From an uncultured cyanobacterium (GTDB lineage: Bacteria; Cyanobacteriota; Cyanobacteriia; Cyanobacteriales; Nostocaceae), in contig OY970166.1 in NCBI GenBank assembly GCA_963706595.1, positions 3,904,001 through 3,968,000 on the forward strand: 64,000 nucleotides of DNA. The letters are read 5' to 3'. Positions 19,808 through 30,233 of the stretch are shown one piece after another. How positions within the stretch are numbered: the stretch's first letter is position 1; each line of letters begins with the position of its first letter. Made by a program: the position numbers and the translations under genes. Below the pieces are notes generated by a model. It did not search any database. It saw only the letters and a list, made by a program, of their open reading frames with translations, and was not told the origin of the DNA.

Positions 19808-21745
19808 TTAAAGCATATTTTCGACTTCTGCTGCTAGTTCAGACAAAAAACAACGTTTATGCTCAAGCAACCATTTTGTCAGTTCGTAAGAATGCTTTAA
19901 TTTTTTAAATTTTATTTCTCTTTGGGAAAAATTTGAAAATAGTTGTTGAAGTATTTGAGATCCATGAATTTTATATAAAAAGTCTTCTTCTGAAAATTCT
20001 TTTTCCTGCTTTTTATTCTCTAGCCATTCTTCAACATTTTCACTAGTAATATGTATTTTTAGTGGTTCTCGTCGAGATTGATTTTCTCCATTAAATACGG
20101 CTGATATTGCATCTGGATCAAGTAGATAATTTTCATACATCCGCCGAGACAAAAATTCAACAGGTTTTTGACTTCTCTCTTGCCAAGTTTTTTTATCTTC
20201 TTCTGACTTCTTCTCAGAATCAAACAAAAAGCCAATTGCAGGAGGAAATAAGTGAATTCCGCCACTTAATTTATCATAAATATCAAATATCAGACTAGCT
20301 TTTGTTCCATCAAAGTCACCAGTATGCTGAACTGCGAGGATTTTATTTCCTCTCAACTGTTTATTTAATACTTTCTCAAGTATTAGTGGAAAACACTTTT
20401 CTTCAGTTTCACCTTCTACCCAAAGAATATTATCAGCACCAAAAACATCAGATAACCTGACTCCCAGGTCATATAAAATAGCATTTTGCGATTCTATCTC
20501 TGTTGCATCTATGACCGAAGCTTTTGTTTCACAATTTTCATAGTGCAACTTGATAATATTAGATGGATTAGCTGCTGTAATAATTTCTGGTGAATGAGTA
20601 GCAATAAAATATTGATGCTGGGGAAATGTTTTAATAATTTCTATAAGTTTTCTTGCTGCACCTGGATGTAAAAAAGATTGTGGTTCATCAATAATTAATG
20701 TTCTAGGTTCTTCTGAAGAAACCAGGATATATAAAATTGCTAGGACTTGACCAACTCCACTTCCACAAGAAGATAGAGGAAGTGATAAATCATCTCTATT
20801 AAGTTTAGGATCTAAATTCCAAACCAGTATTTCAACATTATAGTCCTCTTTTTGCACTACGGAAATCCATTGAATTTCAGGTAAAATAATTGAAACTAAT
20901 TCATTAAATTTAACAAACACCCCTGGTTGTTTACCTTGCAATATACAAAGAACTTCAGCAAGGTTAGATATATCTGATTTTAGTTCAGAGTTATTTTCTA
21001 ATTTACAACTTCCTATATTTAGCCTTTCAGCTTTAAATTGGTATATTTTTTGTACAAAAGATTCAAATAACCTAAATCCGATGCTTTCCTTAATATCTGC
21101 TGAATAAGAAATTGGCTCAAAATCATCTGGATAATGGTTTTCAAGAATTAGTTCTTCATTGCTATCATATTTGAGTTTATAAAAACCATACTTACCATCT
21201 TCTCTTGCTCCAAAAGGGGGATATAATTCAAAAGTAGATAATGCTTCTAATGTACTATCTTCTAGTTTAAAGTTATTAAATAACAATAATTTTATCTCTA
21301 AATTCTCATCATTATCCAAAAATTTATCCAATCTATTAAAGGCATCAAATATTAGACTATTTTGCCTCTCCATCACCTCCCTAGCATCTTCATTGTTTGT
21401 AGACATATAATATTCAATGGCAGATTCTTCGTCATCGAATCTTATTCCTGGATTTAGCATTCCAACCGGAGATTGAATATGTTTGAAGAAAGTCCGCAAT
21501 TCCTGTTTTTCAATTGATAAAGAAAACTGGATTTTTGATTCTTCTTTTATTAATGAAGATTTGGTTGGTAAAGTTTTTAAACTTTTATGTGGCTGATTCT
21601 CGAATTTTAGTGTTAGTAATTCCAGTAATGATGTTTTACCTGCATTGTTTCGTCCAATAATTATATTGATACCTGGAGTAAATTCCATTAAACTAGAGTC
21701 AAGATATGACTTGTAATTAAATGCTTGCAGCTTTTTGATAAACAT
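19808..21745 (-). CDS. OLD-family ABC ATPase + TOPRIM nuclease (putative defence)
   Basis: GRNNAGKT, GSG, IIDEPQSFLHP, ATHSP, ILWVEGETE, FLFDSE, RRMYENY; AT-rich, no HIP1 seen. Confidence 0.8.
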   Translation of the reverse strand: MFIKKLQAFNYKSYLDSSLMEFTPGINIIIGRNNAGKTSLLELLTLKFENQPHKSLKTLPTKSSLIKEESKIQFSLSIEKQELRTFFKHIQSPVGMLNPGIRFDDEESAIEYYMSTNNEDAREVMERQNSLIFDAFNRLDKFLDNDENLEIKLLLFNNFKLEDSTLEALSTFELYPPFGAREDGKYGFYKLKYDSNEELILENHYPDDFEPISYSADIKESIGFRLFESFVQKIYQFKAERLNIGSCKLENNSELKSDISNLAEVLCILQGKQPGVFVKFNELVSIILPEIQWISVVQKEDYNVEILVWNLDPKLNRDDLSLPLSSCGSGVGQVLAILYILVSSEEPRTLIIDEPQSFLHPGAARKLIEIIKTFPQHQYFIATHSPEIITAANPSNIIKLHYENCETKASVIDATEIESQNAILYDLGVRLSDVFGADNILWVEGETEEKCFPLILEKVLNKQLRGNKILAVQHTGDFDGTKASLIFDIYDKLSGGIHLFPPAIGFLFDSEKKSEEDKKTWQERSQKPVEFLSRRMYENYLLDPDAISAVFNGENQSRREPLKIHITSENVEEWLENKKQEKEFSEEDFLYKIHGSQILQQLFSNFSQREIKFKKLKHSYELTKWLLEHKRCFLSELAAEVENML

Positions 21746-21864
21746 TTTGTATCATTTATTTACTGTGTTAATTGTATCACTGGTAAATTAACTTAATTTA
21801 GCAAGTTAATTTAAAAAATCCGGTTCCTCACGGAAACCGGGCTAATTGGTAAATATCTTAAATT

Positions 21865-21932
21865 AGCTGGGTAAGGCATAACCCAATAAAGCCTCGGAAA
21901 TTTTGGGTTTCACTTCGTTCAACCCAACCTAC
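21865..21932. repeat. REP doublet, GTAGGTTGGGTT class
   Basis: tagctgggtaa..taaccca ... ttgggtttcacttcgttcaacccaacctac. Confidence 0.65.
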
Positions 21933-21998
21933 AATTTACGAACCTTTTAAAAAACGCGCCCAAGAAATATTAACCCAAATTAAAAATAATCCCAAAGA

Positions 21999-22041
21999 CT
22001 TGTAGAGACGCGATTTATCGCGTCTAAATTCATCGCGTCCC
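21999..22041 (+). repeat. REP copy 5 plus duplicated 3' half
   Basis: CTTGTAGAGACGCGATTTATCGCGTCT-AA-ATTCATCGCGTCC. Confidence 0.9.
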
Positions 22042-22049
22042 TTTTCAAA

Positions 22050-22556
22050 TCATCCCGGAAGCTGCTTCTTCAACGCTTCCAACGAAGCCCAACGACTATC
22101 CCCCGGCTTATTTGAGCCATCAGCATCATCACTCAAAATACCCGGACAATTGAGGTTACAAAGCTGACGCTGAGGAAATGCTAAACACATCTGCTCATAC
22201 AACCATTCACTCGGATAAAAATAACCTTTCGGTGAGAGAGTTTCCACTAAATCTTCCATCACCACTTCCCGTTCTAAAGGCAAGTCCTCTATTTGATTAG
22301 CAGCTTCATCTAACCAAATAACTTCTTTGGTATTCACCGTCAAACGTTGATTATATTGCTGCAAACAACGATTACAGGTACAAGTAATAATTGTTTCTGC
22401 CTGACTGGATACTTCCAAGTAATTACCTTGATGATGCACCCGCAAGCGACCTCGAACAGGCGTTAAGCTTTCCAGACCAGGTAGAAACTCGTCAACTGGA
22501 ATTTCCTCTGTTCGCTCCGGGGCTTTGGTGAGCTGCGGAATAAAAATTGCGTCCAT
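22050..22556 (-). CDS. yceD: YceD/DUF177 family protein
   Basis: CNRCL, EQMCLAFP..LC...CPG, DSRWASL. Confidence 0.88.
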   Translation of the reverse strand: MDAIFIPQLTKAPERTEEIPVDEFLPGLESLTPVRGRLRVHHQGNYLEVSSQAETIITCTCNRCLQQYNQRLTVNTKEVIWLDEAANQIEDLPLEREVVMEDLVETLSPKGYFYPSEWLYEQMCLAFPQRQLCNLNCPGILSDDADGSNKPGDSRWASLEALKKQLPG

Positions 22557-22609
22557 AGGATTTCGATATAATCACAAAAATTTAGGTTTTACTAACAGCA
22601 ATCTGCTAA

Positions 22610-22738
22610 TAAGGGAACACCGAAAAATAAATTATCCCATATTGTGGCATGGGCATCCTAACCGTCCTTGGTGATTAGCAGGCAAGATGCCTGCTTCACA
22701 AGACAATTTGGAATATTTTTTTATTTATCAGTCCCTAA
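22610..22738. mobile_element. MITE-like element with internal REP-like doublet
   Basis: Imperfect TIRs TAAGGGAAC..AAAATAAATTATCCCA / TGGAATATTTTTTTATTT..GTCCCTAA; inner TTGTGG..GGGCATCCT / CAAGATGCCTGCTTCACAA. Confidence 0.55.
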
Positions 22739-22760
22739 GACAACCCTATTTTAACTCCCA

Positions 22761-23285
22761 TTATTCAACCGCCGTCACTGGACAAACCACCAAATGACGG
22801 TGCGGTTCTCTCCCACGGCTGAAGGTTTGCAAATCTGTAAATTCTTTCAAAAAAGAGTGGATTTGCCGCCTTTCTGCTGCACTGAGAGATTTGATTTCTA
22901 CTTCTCCACCAGAAGCGCGGACTTCATTTGCTGCGGCTTCTGCCATTGCGTGAATTTCTGCTTGTCTTTTGACGCGGTAGCCATTCAACTCAATAGTGTA
23001 AAAAGCCTGTTCTGCTTCGGGTAAGCCGATGTTTAGCACCGAATTAGCTAAATACTGAATTGAATCTATAACGGAACCATCAGCGCCAATTAAAAGGCGG
23101 ATTTGTTCGGTTGTCAGATTAGTTTGGTCAATTGTCAACCAGTAGCTATCTAATTCTGGGGAATCGCCAAATCGAGGCGGGTCAATTTCTAAATTCCCCT
23201 TAATTTCCGCAGGTATTCCTGTTAATTGCAGCAGGGTTGTTAACCACTGCTGCCCTCTTTGTATTGGACTTTCCAGCATCATCAA
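22761..23285 (-). CDS. jag: Jag/KhpB family RNA-binding protein (KH + R3H)
   Basis: [28 protein letters not shown]. Confidence 0.9.
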   Translation of the reverse strand: MMMLESPIQRGQQWLTTLLQLTGIPAEIKGNLEIDPPRFGDSPELDSYWLTIDQTNLTTEQIRLLIGADGSVIDSIQYLANSVLNIGLPEAEQAFYTIELNGYRVKRQAEIHAMAEAAANEVRASGGEVEIKSLSAAERRQIHSFLKEFTDLQTFSRGREPHRHLVVCPVTAVE

Positions 23286-24424
23286 CCTGTAGTCTTTTTC
23301 TTAGAACTCTTTGGCTCAAATGGTAAACTTCTCTGTTCTGCTGCTGTTTCTTTCTCTTGGGTGGCGACGATTTCTTGTAGTCCCTCTGGTAGAGGTTCAC
23401 GCGAGAGAATGTAAGTTTGAGCAGTTTGGAAAATATTACCAATTACCATATACATCAATACCCCAGCTGGTAGGGGGAAGAACAAAAACATCCCAGAAAA
23501 TATAACTGGTGTGATTTTGTTAACTGTATCTTGTTGTGGATTACCACCACTGGAATTCTGCCCGGAAATCATTTGGCTGACATAAAGGCTCACACCGAAA
23601 AACAGAATCATGGAGACGATATCCCAATTAATCTGTCCGTCAGGATTTTGAGCGCCAACTCTACCTAAAGCTTGAATGAACAAAAATCCTTGCTCTGCTG
23701 CTAGTCCAGGAATTGAGCCTTGAATTGTCACGTCTCCTGGCTCTAAGGCTTCTATATTGCCTTGGGCATCTATTTTTACCCTCTCTTCCCCTTTGGTAAC
23801 TTTCCATTCAGGAACTAGGTTACTTTCGGGATGTTCTGCTAAAAGCGCTTGAAATGGTCTACCTTCAACAGTCTGATATTGCAGCTTAGTTTTTTCTCCT
23901 ACGGCTAATTTGTTACCAGCAGGCAGAATAGCTGTGACACGAGTACGTTCCCCATCAGCAATGTAGATGTTTTGGGGCGCAGTCGCAAAAGCTTGGGGTT
24001 GAATCCGTTCAATTTGTTCGGAGGGAAGAATTTGGAGGTTAACGCTATAGTTCGCACCCGCAAATGGTGAACCCCGCAATGTGGCAAACAGGGCTAATAA
24101 TACTGGCATTTGCAGCACTAGGGGCAGACATCCTGCCAATGGGTTGCCAAATTCTTTTTGGACATTGACCATTTCCTCTTGCTGCTTTTGCGGATTATCC
24201 TTGTGCCGCTCTTTAATTTCTGCCATCCGCTTCTGCATCAGAGGTTGTACAATTCGCATTTTCCGCATATTACGAATTGAACCAGCACTCAGGGGATAGA
24301 GCGCGAAGCGGATTATCAATGTCAAGGCAACGATCGCCAATCCGTAACTAGGCACAACACCATAGAAAAAGTCTATGATTGGCAGCATCACGTTGTTTGA
24401 AAGAAACCCGATACCAAAATCCAT
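23282..24424 (-). CDS. yidC: Membrane protein insertase YidC
   Basis: [32 protein letters not shown]. Confidence 0.97.
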   Translation of the reverse strand: MDFGIGFLSNNVMLPIIDFFYGVVPSYGLAIVALTLIIRFALYPLSAGSIRNMRKMRIVQPLMQKRMAEIKERHKDNPQKQQEEMVNVQKEFGNPLAGCLPLVLQMPVLLALFATLRGSPFAGANYSVNLQILPSEQIERIQPQAFATAPQNIYIADGERTRVTAILPAGNKLAVGEKTKLQYQTVEGRPFQALLAEHPESNLVPEWKVTKGEERVKIDAQGNIEALEPGDVTIQGSIPGLAAEQGFLFIQALGRVGAQNPDGQINWDIVSMILFFGVSLYVSQMISGQNSSGGNPQQDTVNKITPVIFSGMFLFFPLPAGVLMYMVIGNIFQTAQTYILSREPLPEGLQEIVATQEKETAAEQRSLPFEPKSSKKKTTG

Positions 24425-24550
24425 TATTCTGAATTTAACCTGAGCTACTGTAAACTGAACTGAATCTAATTTATCTAAATCATGATTCTTATATAACTAT
24501 CCTACGCTACGGATAGCCGCACATTCCAAAATTTTGGGAATGGTTAATCA

Positions 24551-24611
24551 GATGGATGTAGACGCGATATATGGATGTAGATGTAGACGCGATGAATCGC
24601 GTCTCTACAAG
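24551..24611 (-). repeat. REP copy 6 (24585-24611) with trailing partial tandem copies
   Basis: Minus strand: CTTGTAGAGACGCGATTCATCGCGTCT-ACATCT-ACATCCATAT-ATCGCGTCT-ACATCCATC. Confidence 0.9.
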
Positions 24612-24619
24612 GTTATTCC

Positions 24620-25012
24620 TTATGATTGTTTCGCGCCGCTATATAGGGGATTTTTAGCTGTAACTCTTTCGTTGATGTAGTCATAAGTTTCGCGAAAATT
24701 GGGAACAGCCCGCATTTCTAGGCGACTACCATTTCTCAAGGTGAGTACCATGTCTCCCCAAAAGCCGATACCACGGGGAACTTTTACGATCTTGACAACT
24801 TCAGAATAGATGATGTCAGTGCGATCGCGCCCTCTCCAGCCTCCAGTCACAGAAATTCTGCGGTCGGTGATGCGGTAGCGTAGCCATAAAGCCCTCACGA
24901 TGGCTCCAACTGCCAATGGTAGCCCCACAACAGTTAGTCCAATTAACGAATTGAGAATTAAGTCCCCGATGTGGGGGCCACCTTCATAATAAACTTCTTC
25001 ACGAATGCCCAT
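24620..25012 (-). CDS. Bacterial PH-domain protein
   Basis: EEVYYEGGPH, RYRITDRRISV; conserved slot between rnpA and yidC. Confidence 0.85.
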   Translation of the reverse strand: MGIREEVYYEGGPHIGDLILNSLIGLTVVGLPLAVGAIVRALWLRYRITDRRISVTGGWRGRDRTDIIYSEVVKIVKVPRGIGFWGDMVLTLRNGSRLEMRAVPNFRETYDYINERVTAKNPLYSGAKQS

Positions 25013-25403
25013 CAAATACCTCAGCTTTTACCAACAACTGCTCTAATTCTTGCAGAAATTCTTGGCTTACGCACTGAGATTCTGCTGCTGTTGGTTTGAC
25101 AACGATAACTACCCGCCAGCCTGGGGACAATTTTGGCAACAAATGATGCAAAGCAGCTGTAATTTGGCGTTTAATTCGATTACGAATTACTGCTCTTTTG
25201 CTGACTTTAGTGCTAATGGAAACGCCAAATTGTGTGCTGGACAGTGGTTTTTCACTGGTAGCAGTATCCAAGGAAGGCTTTTTTGCACCATTCGGTCGTA
25301 AAGCTCTCAATGTGAAATGAGAACTGTGACGACGAATTCCTTCCCGGAAAACTGCTTGAAAATCTTTTCGAGATTTTAATCGATTTGCTTTGGGCAAAGC
25401 CAC
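24999..25403 (-). CDS. rnpA: Ribonuclease P protein component
   Basis: LPKANRLK, GVSISTKVSKRAVIRNRIKR. Confidence 0.96.
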   Translation of the reverse strand: MALPKANRLKSRKDFQAVFREGIRRHSSHFTLRALRPNGAKKPSLDTATSEKPLSSTQFGVSISTKVSKRAVIRNRIKRQITAALHHLLPKLSPGWRVVIVVKPTAAESQCVSQEFLQELEQLLVKAEVFDGHS

Positions 25404-25428
25404 ATCTGTTCTTTGTGCTGGAAATTTC

Positions 25429-25563
25429 CTAAACGCTCAGACGATGACGACCCTTTTTTCTCCTCGCCCGGATCACGTTTCTTCCTGTGGGTGTCTGCAT
25501 CCTGGCACGAAAACCAGAAGTTCTTTTTCTCTTACGGCAAGTGCCGCCCAGGGTTCTCTGCAT
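25429..25563 (-). CDS. rpmH: 50S ribosomal protein L34 (absent from ORF track)
   Basis: Manual translation [53 protein letters not shown] upstream. Confidence 0.97.
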   Translation of the reverse strand: MQRTLGGTCRKRKRTSGFRARMQTPTGRNVIRARRKKGRHRLSV

Positions 25564-25716
25564 AGCGTTCTCCTCTTAGCCTATTTTTATAAAAAGTTAC
25601 AATCCATCATTTTATCACTACAAGACCAAAAAATCATAAATAAATTGCTGATTTTGTGGTCAAGGGTTAATGCCTCTGAAATAATTAGCAACTAACAAGT
25701 GACCACTGACAAATGT

Positions 25717-26310
25717 TTAAGAGAGACTGACAAGCCAAGTTCCCACATAACGCAGTAGTGGTACATCTCCAGGAGAAAGAATCTGGCAGTTAAAATGGTA
25801 CATCCCCCCAAAAGGTGGGGTTCGCGAGTTGGAGAACACTAACTCCACTTCTTGTCCTGCTGGTACTGGTTCTTCAGGAAAAATTTCCAGTAAGCGAGCT
25901 TCTTTGTTCCACTTGACTTCATTCAGAGGCACTTTTTTGCCTCTAACTCTGACCTCAACCTTCTTGGTGTCAAAAGTTCCTTTGTAATAATCTGGGTAGC
26001 TAACGGCAAATTGAGCGGCTGCTAAATTCATGCGTTTAGCTGGTATTCGGAATCGGAATCGCTCCCAGCTATTAGCCTGTCCACCAAAATCTAATCTGTA
26101 TGGTAGTTGATTTTCGCTTTTGACACCGCTAAATAGCGTGAGTCCTGGTAAGCCTTGCGCTCCGGTTATAATTGGAAATCCAACCAGTAAAGAGCTAGTC
26201 ACGGCTAGAGCCGAAAGCAGTCTCAAAGGCAGTTTACCCTTATAACCTAGAAATTGTAAATTTTGCATACTATGAGCTTCCTCCACCAAAAAATAGGTTT
26301 GTGATCTCAA
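25717..26310 (-). CDS. DUF2808 domain secreted protein (true start probably downstream)
   Basis: Signal-like segment then GLPGLTLFSG, PEEPVPAG, GGMYHFN, YVGTW. Confidence 0.75.
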   Translation of the reverse strand: MRSQTYFLVEEAHSMQNLQFLGYKGKLPLRLLSALAVTSSLLVGFPIITGAQGLPGLTLFSGVKSENQLPYRLDFGGQANSWERFRFRIPAKRMNLAAAQFAVSYPDYYKGTFDTKKVEVRVRGKKVPLNEVKWNKEARLLEIFPEEPVPAGQEVELVFSNSRTPPFGGMYHFNCQILSPGDVPLLRYVGTWLVSLS

Positions 26311-26962
26311 TCACCGAAATTTAGTCTTCGTAACTAAACTTTACTACTTACAACCAGAGAAACTGACGTTAATTTGAAACAAAAAGTGCCATCAGCCCGG
26401 AATGCTCAAGTAATAATCTAGTTAATCAGTATAAATTTAAACCTTTATTTGCGTAAACTTTTTTACCACAAAATTGGTAAGATTTACACTCAATACAAAT
26501 ACATCTAGGATTTGATTTTGTTTCTAAATATGTATAAATGTATCTTAATATAAACCTTTTGTGCTAAAAATTGATCTGTCTAGTTAGCGATCGCCTATGA
26601 ACTTGGGATAGATTGATGAAAATGGGCTGTAATTAAAGCACTAATCATCAAAAAATAACTGAAAAAATTATCAAGATTCAAAAATATCAGCAAGGAATCC
26701 TAAAACAAGCTAAAGACAAAGATGCAAATTTGGTAATCAACTTAGGATTTGCAATATGTGAATCTATTTGTAACTATCAGCAAGTGTGACATCTGCAAGG
26801 GTGAAAGTGTGGCTGAAACTGGAGAATCACGATTATTCAAGGACAAATTCCCGGTTCCATCTCTCAGAACAAGCGATCGCACACAGTTACTACCCTCAAA
26901 GTTGAGTCAGGGGAAAATGACAAATTCCCCAAAGAAAGAGGTATTTATCTCCAGGAGATTTC

Positions 26963-28132
26963 ATGAAAATAGCGGTTGCTAAAGAAATTGAAGTTTGTGA
27001 ACGACGTGTAGCATTAAACCCTGACACCGTTGCCCGATTAATCAAACAAGGTTTGGAAGTATCGGTGGAAACAGGTGCGGGAGAACGCTCTTATTTTAGC
27101 GATTCTGCCTACGAAGCAGCAGGAGCGACAATTGTCAATGATACTGCTAAATTATGGGGTGAAGCAGATATCCTGTTAAAAGTTAGCCCACCGCAAGAGC
27201 GAGAAAATGGTGGGTCTGAAGTGGAATTACTCAAGGAAGGGGCTGTATTAATTAGCTTCCTCAATCCTTTGGGAAATCCTGAAGTAGCCCAAAAACTGGC
27301 AAATCGCCAAATTACAGCTTTTAGTATGGAGATGATCCCCCGTACTACCAGGGCGCAAAGTATGGATGCTTTGTCTTCCCAAGCTTCACTAGCAGGTTAC
27401 AAGGCAGTATTAATCGCCGCAGCTGCATTGCCGAAGTATTTCCCTATGCTGACAACAGCCGCAGGCACTATTGCCCCAGCGAAAGTATTTATTATGGGTG
27501 CTGGGGTAGCCGGATTACAAGCGATCGCCACAGCCAGACGCTTGGGTGCAGTAGTCGAAGCCTTTGATATTCGTCCCGCAGTGAAAGAAGAAGTGCAAAG
27601 TCTGGGAGCTAAATTCGTCGAAGTCAAACTCGAAGAAGAAACAACCGCAGCCGGCGGCTATGCTAAAGAAATTTCTGAAGCTAGCAAACAACGGACTCAG
27701 GAAGTTGTCGCCGAACACGTGAAAAATGCCGATGTGGTGATTACCACCGCCCAAGTACCTGGAAGAAAAGCGCCCAGGCTGGTTACAGAGGAAATGGTGG
27801 CACAAATGAAACCGGGTTCGGTGATAGTAGATTTAGCGGCGGATCAGGGTGGTAACTGCGCCTGCACTGAAGCAGGTAAAGATATTGTCTGGAATGGCGT
27901 AACAATTATTGGCCCGATTAATTTACCCTCATCAATGCCAATTCACGCTAGTCAGTTGTATTCTAAGAACCTGACATCCTTGGTGCAATTATTAGTTAAA
28001 GACAAAGCCTTACAGATAGACTTTGCTGACGACATCGTTAATGCGGCTTGTATTACCCACGCTGGAGAAATTCGCAATCAACGGGTGCGGGACGCGCTAG
28101 AGGCTTTGAGTACTCAGATTGGCACACATTAA
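26963..28132 (+). CDS. pntA: NAD(P) transhydrogenase alpha subunit part 1
   Basis: ERRVAL, RAQSMDALSSQ, GAGVAGLQA, DLAADQGGNC. Confidence 0.96.
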   Translation: MKIAVAKEIEVCERRVALNPDTVARLIKQGLEVSVETGAGERSYFSDSAYEAAGATIVNDTAKLWGEADILLKVSPPQERENGGSEVELLKEGAVLISFLNPLGNPEVAQKLANRQITAFSMEMIPRTTRAQSMDALSSQASLAGYKAVLIAAAALPKYFPMLTTAAGTIAPAKVFIMGAGVAGLQAIATARRLGAVVEAFDIRPAVKEEVQSLGAKFVEVKLEEETTAAGGYAKEISEASKQRTQEVVAEHVKNADVVITTAQVPGRKAPRLVTEEMVAQMKPGSVIVDLAADQGGNCACTEAGKDIVWNGVTIIGPINLPSSMPIHASQLYSKNLTSLVQLLVKDKALQIDFADDIVNAACITHAGEIRNQRVRDALEALSTQIGTH

Positions 28133-28203
28133 TTAACCGCCAATAAACACCGATAAAAGTTTATCTGTGTGGATTTGTGGTTCTAAACAGGAGTTTTTAT
28201 TTC

Positions 28204-28497
28204 ATGACAGAGGCATTACTTGCTGCTTTGTTTGTATTTGTTCTGGCATCTTTTATCGGCTTTGAAGTCATCAACAAAATCCCGCCGACTTTACACACGC
28301 CTTTAATGTCCGGCTCAAATGCCATTTCTGGGATTGCGGTATTAGGGGCGATTGTAGCTGCTGGTGCGAAAGATACCAGTGTGTCAGTGATTCTCGGTTT
28401 AATTGCTGTGGTACTGGCGACAGTTAACGTCGTCGGTGGTTTTCTCGTCACAGATCGGATGTTGCAAATGTTCAAGAAAAAGGAAGTTAAGGCGTGA
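28204..28497 (+). CDS. NAD(P) transhydrogenase alpha subunit part 2
   Basis: LHTPLMSGSNAISG, NVVGGFLVTDRML. Confidence 0.95.
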   Translation: MTEALLAALFVFVLASFIGFEVINKIPPTLHTPLMSGSNAISGIAVLGAIVAAGAKDTSVSVILGLIAVVLATVNVVGGFLVTDRMLQMFKKKEVKA

Positions 28498-29900
28498 GCG
28501 ATTTTCTACCAACTGGGATTCAGCTGACGTACTTAGTCGCTGCGTCGTTATTTATTCTGGGTTTGAAAAAACTCGGTTCTCCAGCTACAGCGCGCAACGG
28601 TAACGTGATTGCGGCTGTGGGTATGTTGCTGGCGATTGTCGCCACAATGTTAGATCAGCAGGTGCTGAACTACCAGATGATTTTGGTGGGCTTGGCTATT
28701 GGCACTGGAATTGGTGCGATCGCAGCTTACAAAGTCCAAATGACAGAAATGCCCCAAATGGTGGGTTTACTCAATGGTTTAGGTGGTGCAGCTTCCGCAC
28801 TCATCGCCGTAGCTGAATTTTGGCGGTTAATCGCAGCATCTGAACCCATACCTCTAGATGTGAACATTTCCATTTTGCTGGACGTGTTAATCGGTGGTGT
28901 CACCTTAACAGGTAGTTTTGTCGCCTTTGCCAAATTGCAAGGTTTAATCAGTGGTTCACCGATTAAATTACCTTTCCAGCAACCATTTAACCTCTTACTT
29001 CTGGTTGGTTATATAGTCGGCAGTGCCTATTTAATCATCACACCCGATAGCTTACCGATATTCTTTGGAGTCGTGGGAGTTTCTTTAGTATTGGGTGTCA
29101 TGTTCGTTCTCCCTATTGGTGGGGGCGATATGCCTGTGGTAATTTCGCTGTTAAACTCCCTATCTGGGATAGCAGCAGCCGCAGCTGGTTTTGTGGTCAT
29201 GAACAATATGTTGATTATCGCTGGCGCACTGGTGGGGGCTTCTGGCTTAATCCTCACCCAGATTATGTGTAAAGCCATGAATCGTTCTCTGTTCAGCGTG
29301 CTGTTTGGTGCGTTTGGTGGGGCGGTTGCTGGTGGTGCTGGCGGTGCTACAGGTGCTACAGGCGACCAAACTGTTCGCAGCATCGATGCTGAAGAAGGCG
29401 CGATGATGTTGGGTTATGCCCGTAGCGTGGTAATTGTCCCCGGTTATGGTATGGCTGTTGCCCAAGCCCAGCACAGTGTGCGAGAATTGGCAGACCAGTT
29501 AGAACGCATGGGTGTTGATGTTAAATATGCCATTCACCCTGTAGCGGGAAGAATGCCAGGACACATGAATGTCTTATTGGCTGAGGCGAATGTGGCTTAT
29601 ACCCAGTTGTACGACATGGATGATATCAATCCTCAATTAGAAGCTGCGGATGTGGCTTTGGTAATTGGGGCTAATGATGTGGTAAATCCGGCAGCGCGTA
29701 GTGATGTAAATAGCCCAATTTATGGTATGCCGATTTTGGAAGTAGATCGGGCAAAGCAGACAATCGTAATTAAGCGCGGGATGAGTACAGGTTTTGCCGG
29801 TGTAGATAATGAGTTGTTCTACAAAGAAAAAACTACGATGCTTTTTGGTGGCGCGAAGGATATGGTTTCTAAGTTGGTTTCGGAAGTGAAGCAGCTTTAA
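28494..29900 (+). CDS. pntB: NAD(P) transhydrogenase beta subunit
   Basis: GGGDMPVVIS, PGYGMAVAQAQ, HPVAGRMPGHMN, GANDVVNP. Confidence 0.97.
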   Translation: MSDFLPTGIQLTYLVAASLFILGLKKLGSPATARNGNVIAAVGMLLAIVATMLDQQVLNYQMILVGLAIGTGIGAIAAYKVQMTEMPQMVGLLNGLGGAASALIAVAEFWRLIAASEPIPLDVNISILLDVLIGGVTLTGSFVAFAKLQGLISGSPIKLPFQQPFNLLLLVGYIVGSAYLIITPDSLPIFFGVVGVSLVLGVMFVLPIGGGDMPVVISLLNSLSGIAAAAAGFVVMNNMLIIAGALVGASGLILTQIMCKAMNRSLFSVLFGAFGGAVAGGAGGATGATGDQTVRSIDAEEGAMMLGYARSVVIVPGYGMAVAQAQHSVRELADQLERMGVDVKYAIHPVAGRMPGHMNVLLAEANVAYTQLYDMDDINPQLEAADVALVIGANDVVNPAARSDVNSPIYGMPILEVDRAKQTIVIKRGMSTGFAGVDNELFYKEKTTMLFGGAKDMVSKLVSEVKQL

Positions 29901-29917
29901 GGAATAATTTAGAGCGT

Positions 29918-29960
29918 GAGCTTGCCTTGGGGGTATGATGTTCCTGGGGCAAGTTTTTTA
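29918..29960 (+). terminator. Intrinsic terminator after pntB
   Basis: gagcttgccttgggg...cctggggcaagttttt stem plus T tract. Confidence 0.7.
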
Positions 29961-30233
29961 TGGGAAGATTCTTTCAGTCCATAGAAATCTAATATGTCCA
30001 ATGGTAGAAGCTAATTAGGATGTTAAATTTTGAAATTGAATTAACTCTGATGAGCCAAGAGGCAGGAGAATGAATATTGTTGAATTTATCTACTGATAAA
30101 CGGACAATAAAAAACTGCACAACATGACAAGCAAAATTTTATGGCTTTGAGAAAAATGTAGATTTTGATTTTGGCGATTTTGGCGTTCAAAACTACAAAG
30201 AGTAAGTGATGAGGGTGTGTCGTTAGTAAGTAT

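Noticed and set aside
25564..26960. oriC near rpmH-rnpA-yidC
   Set aside because: No dnaA/dnaN and no cluster of TTTTCCACA boxes seen
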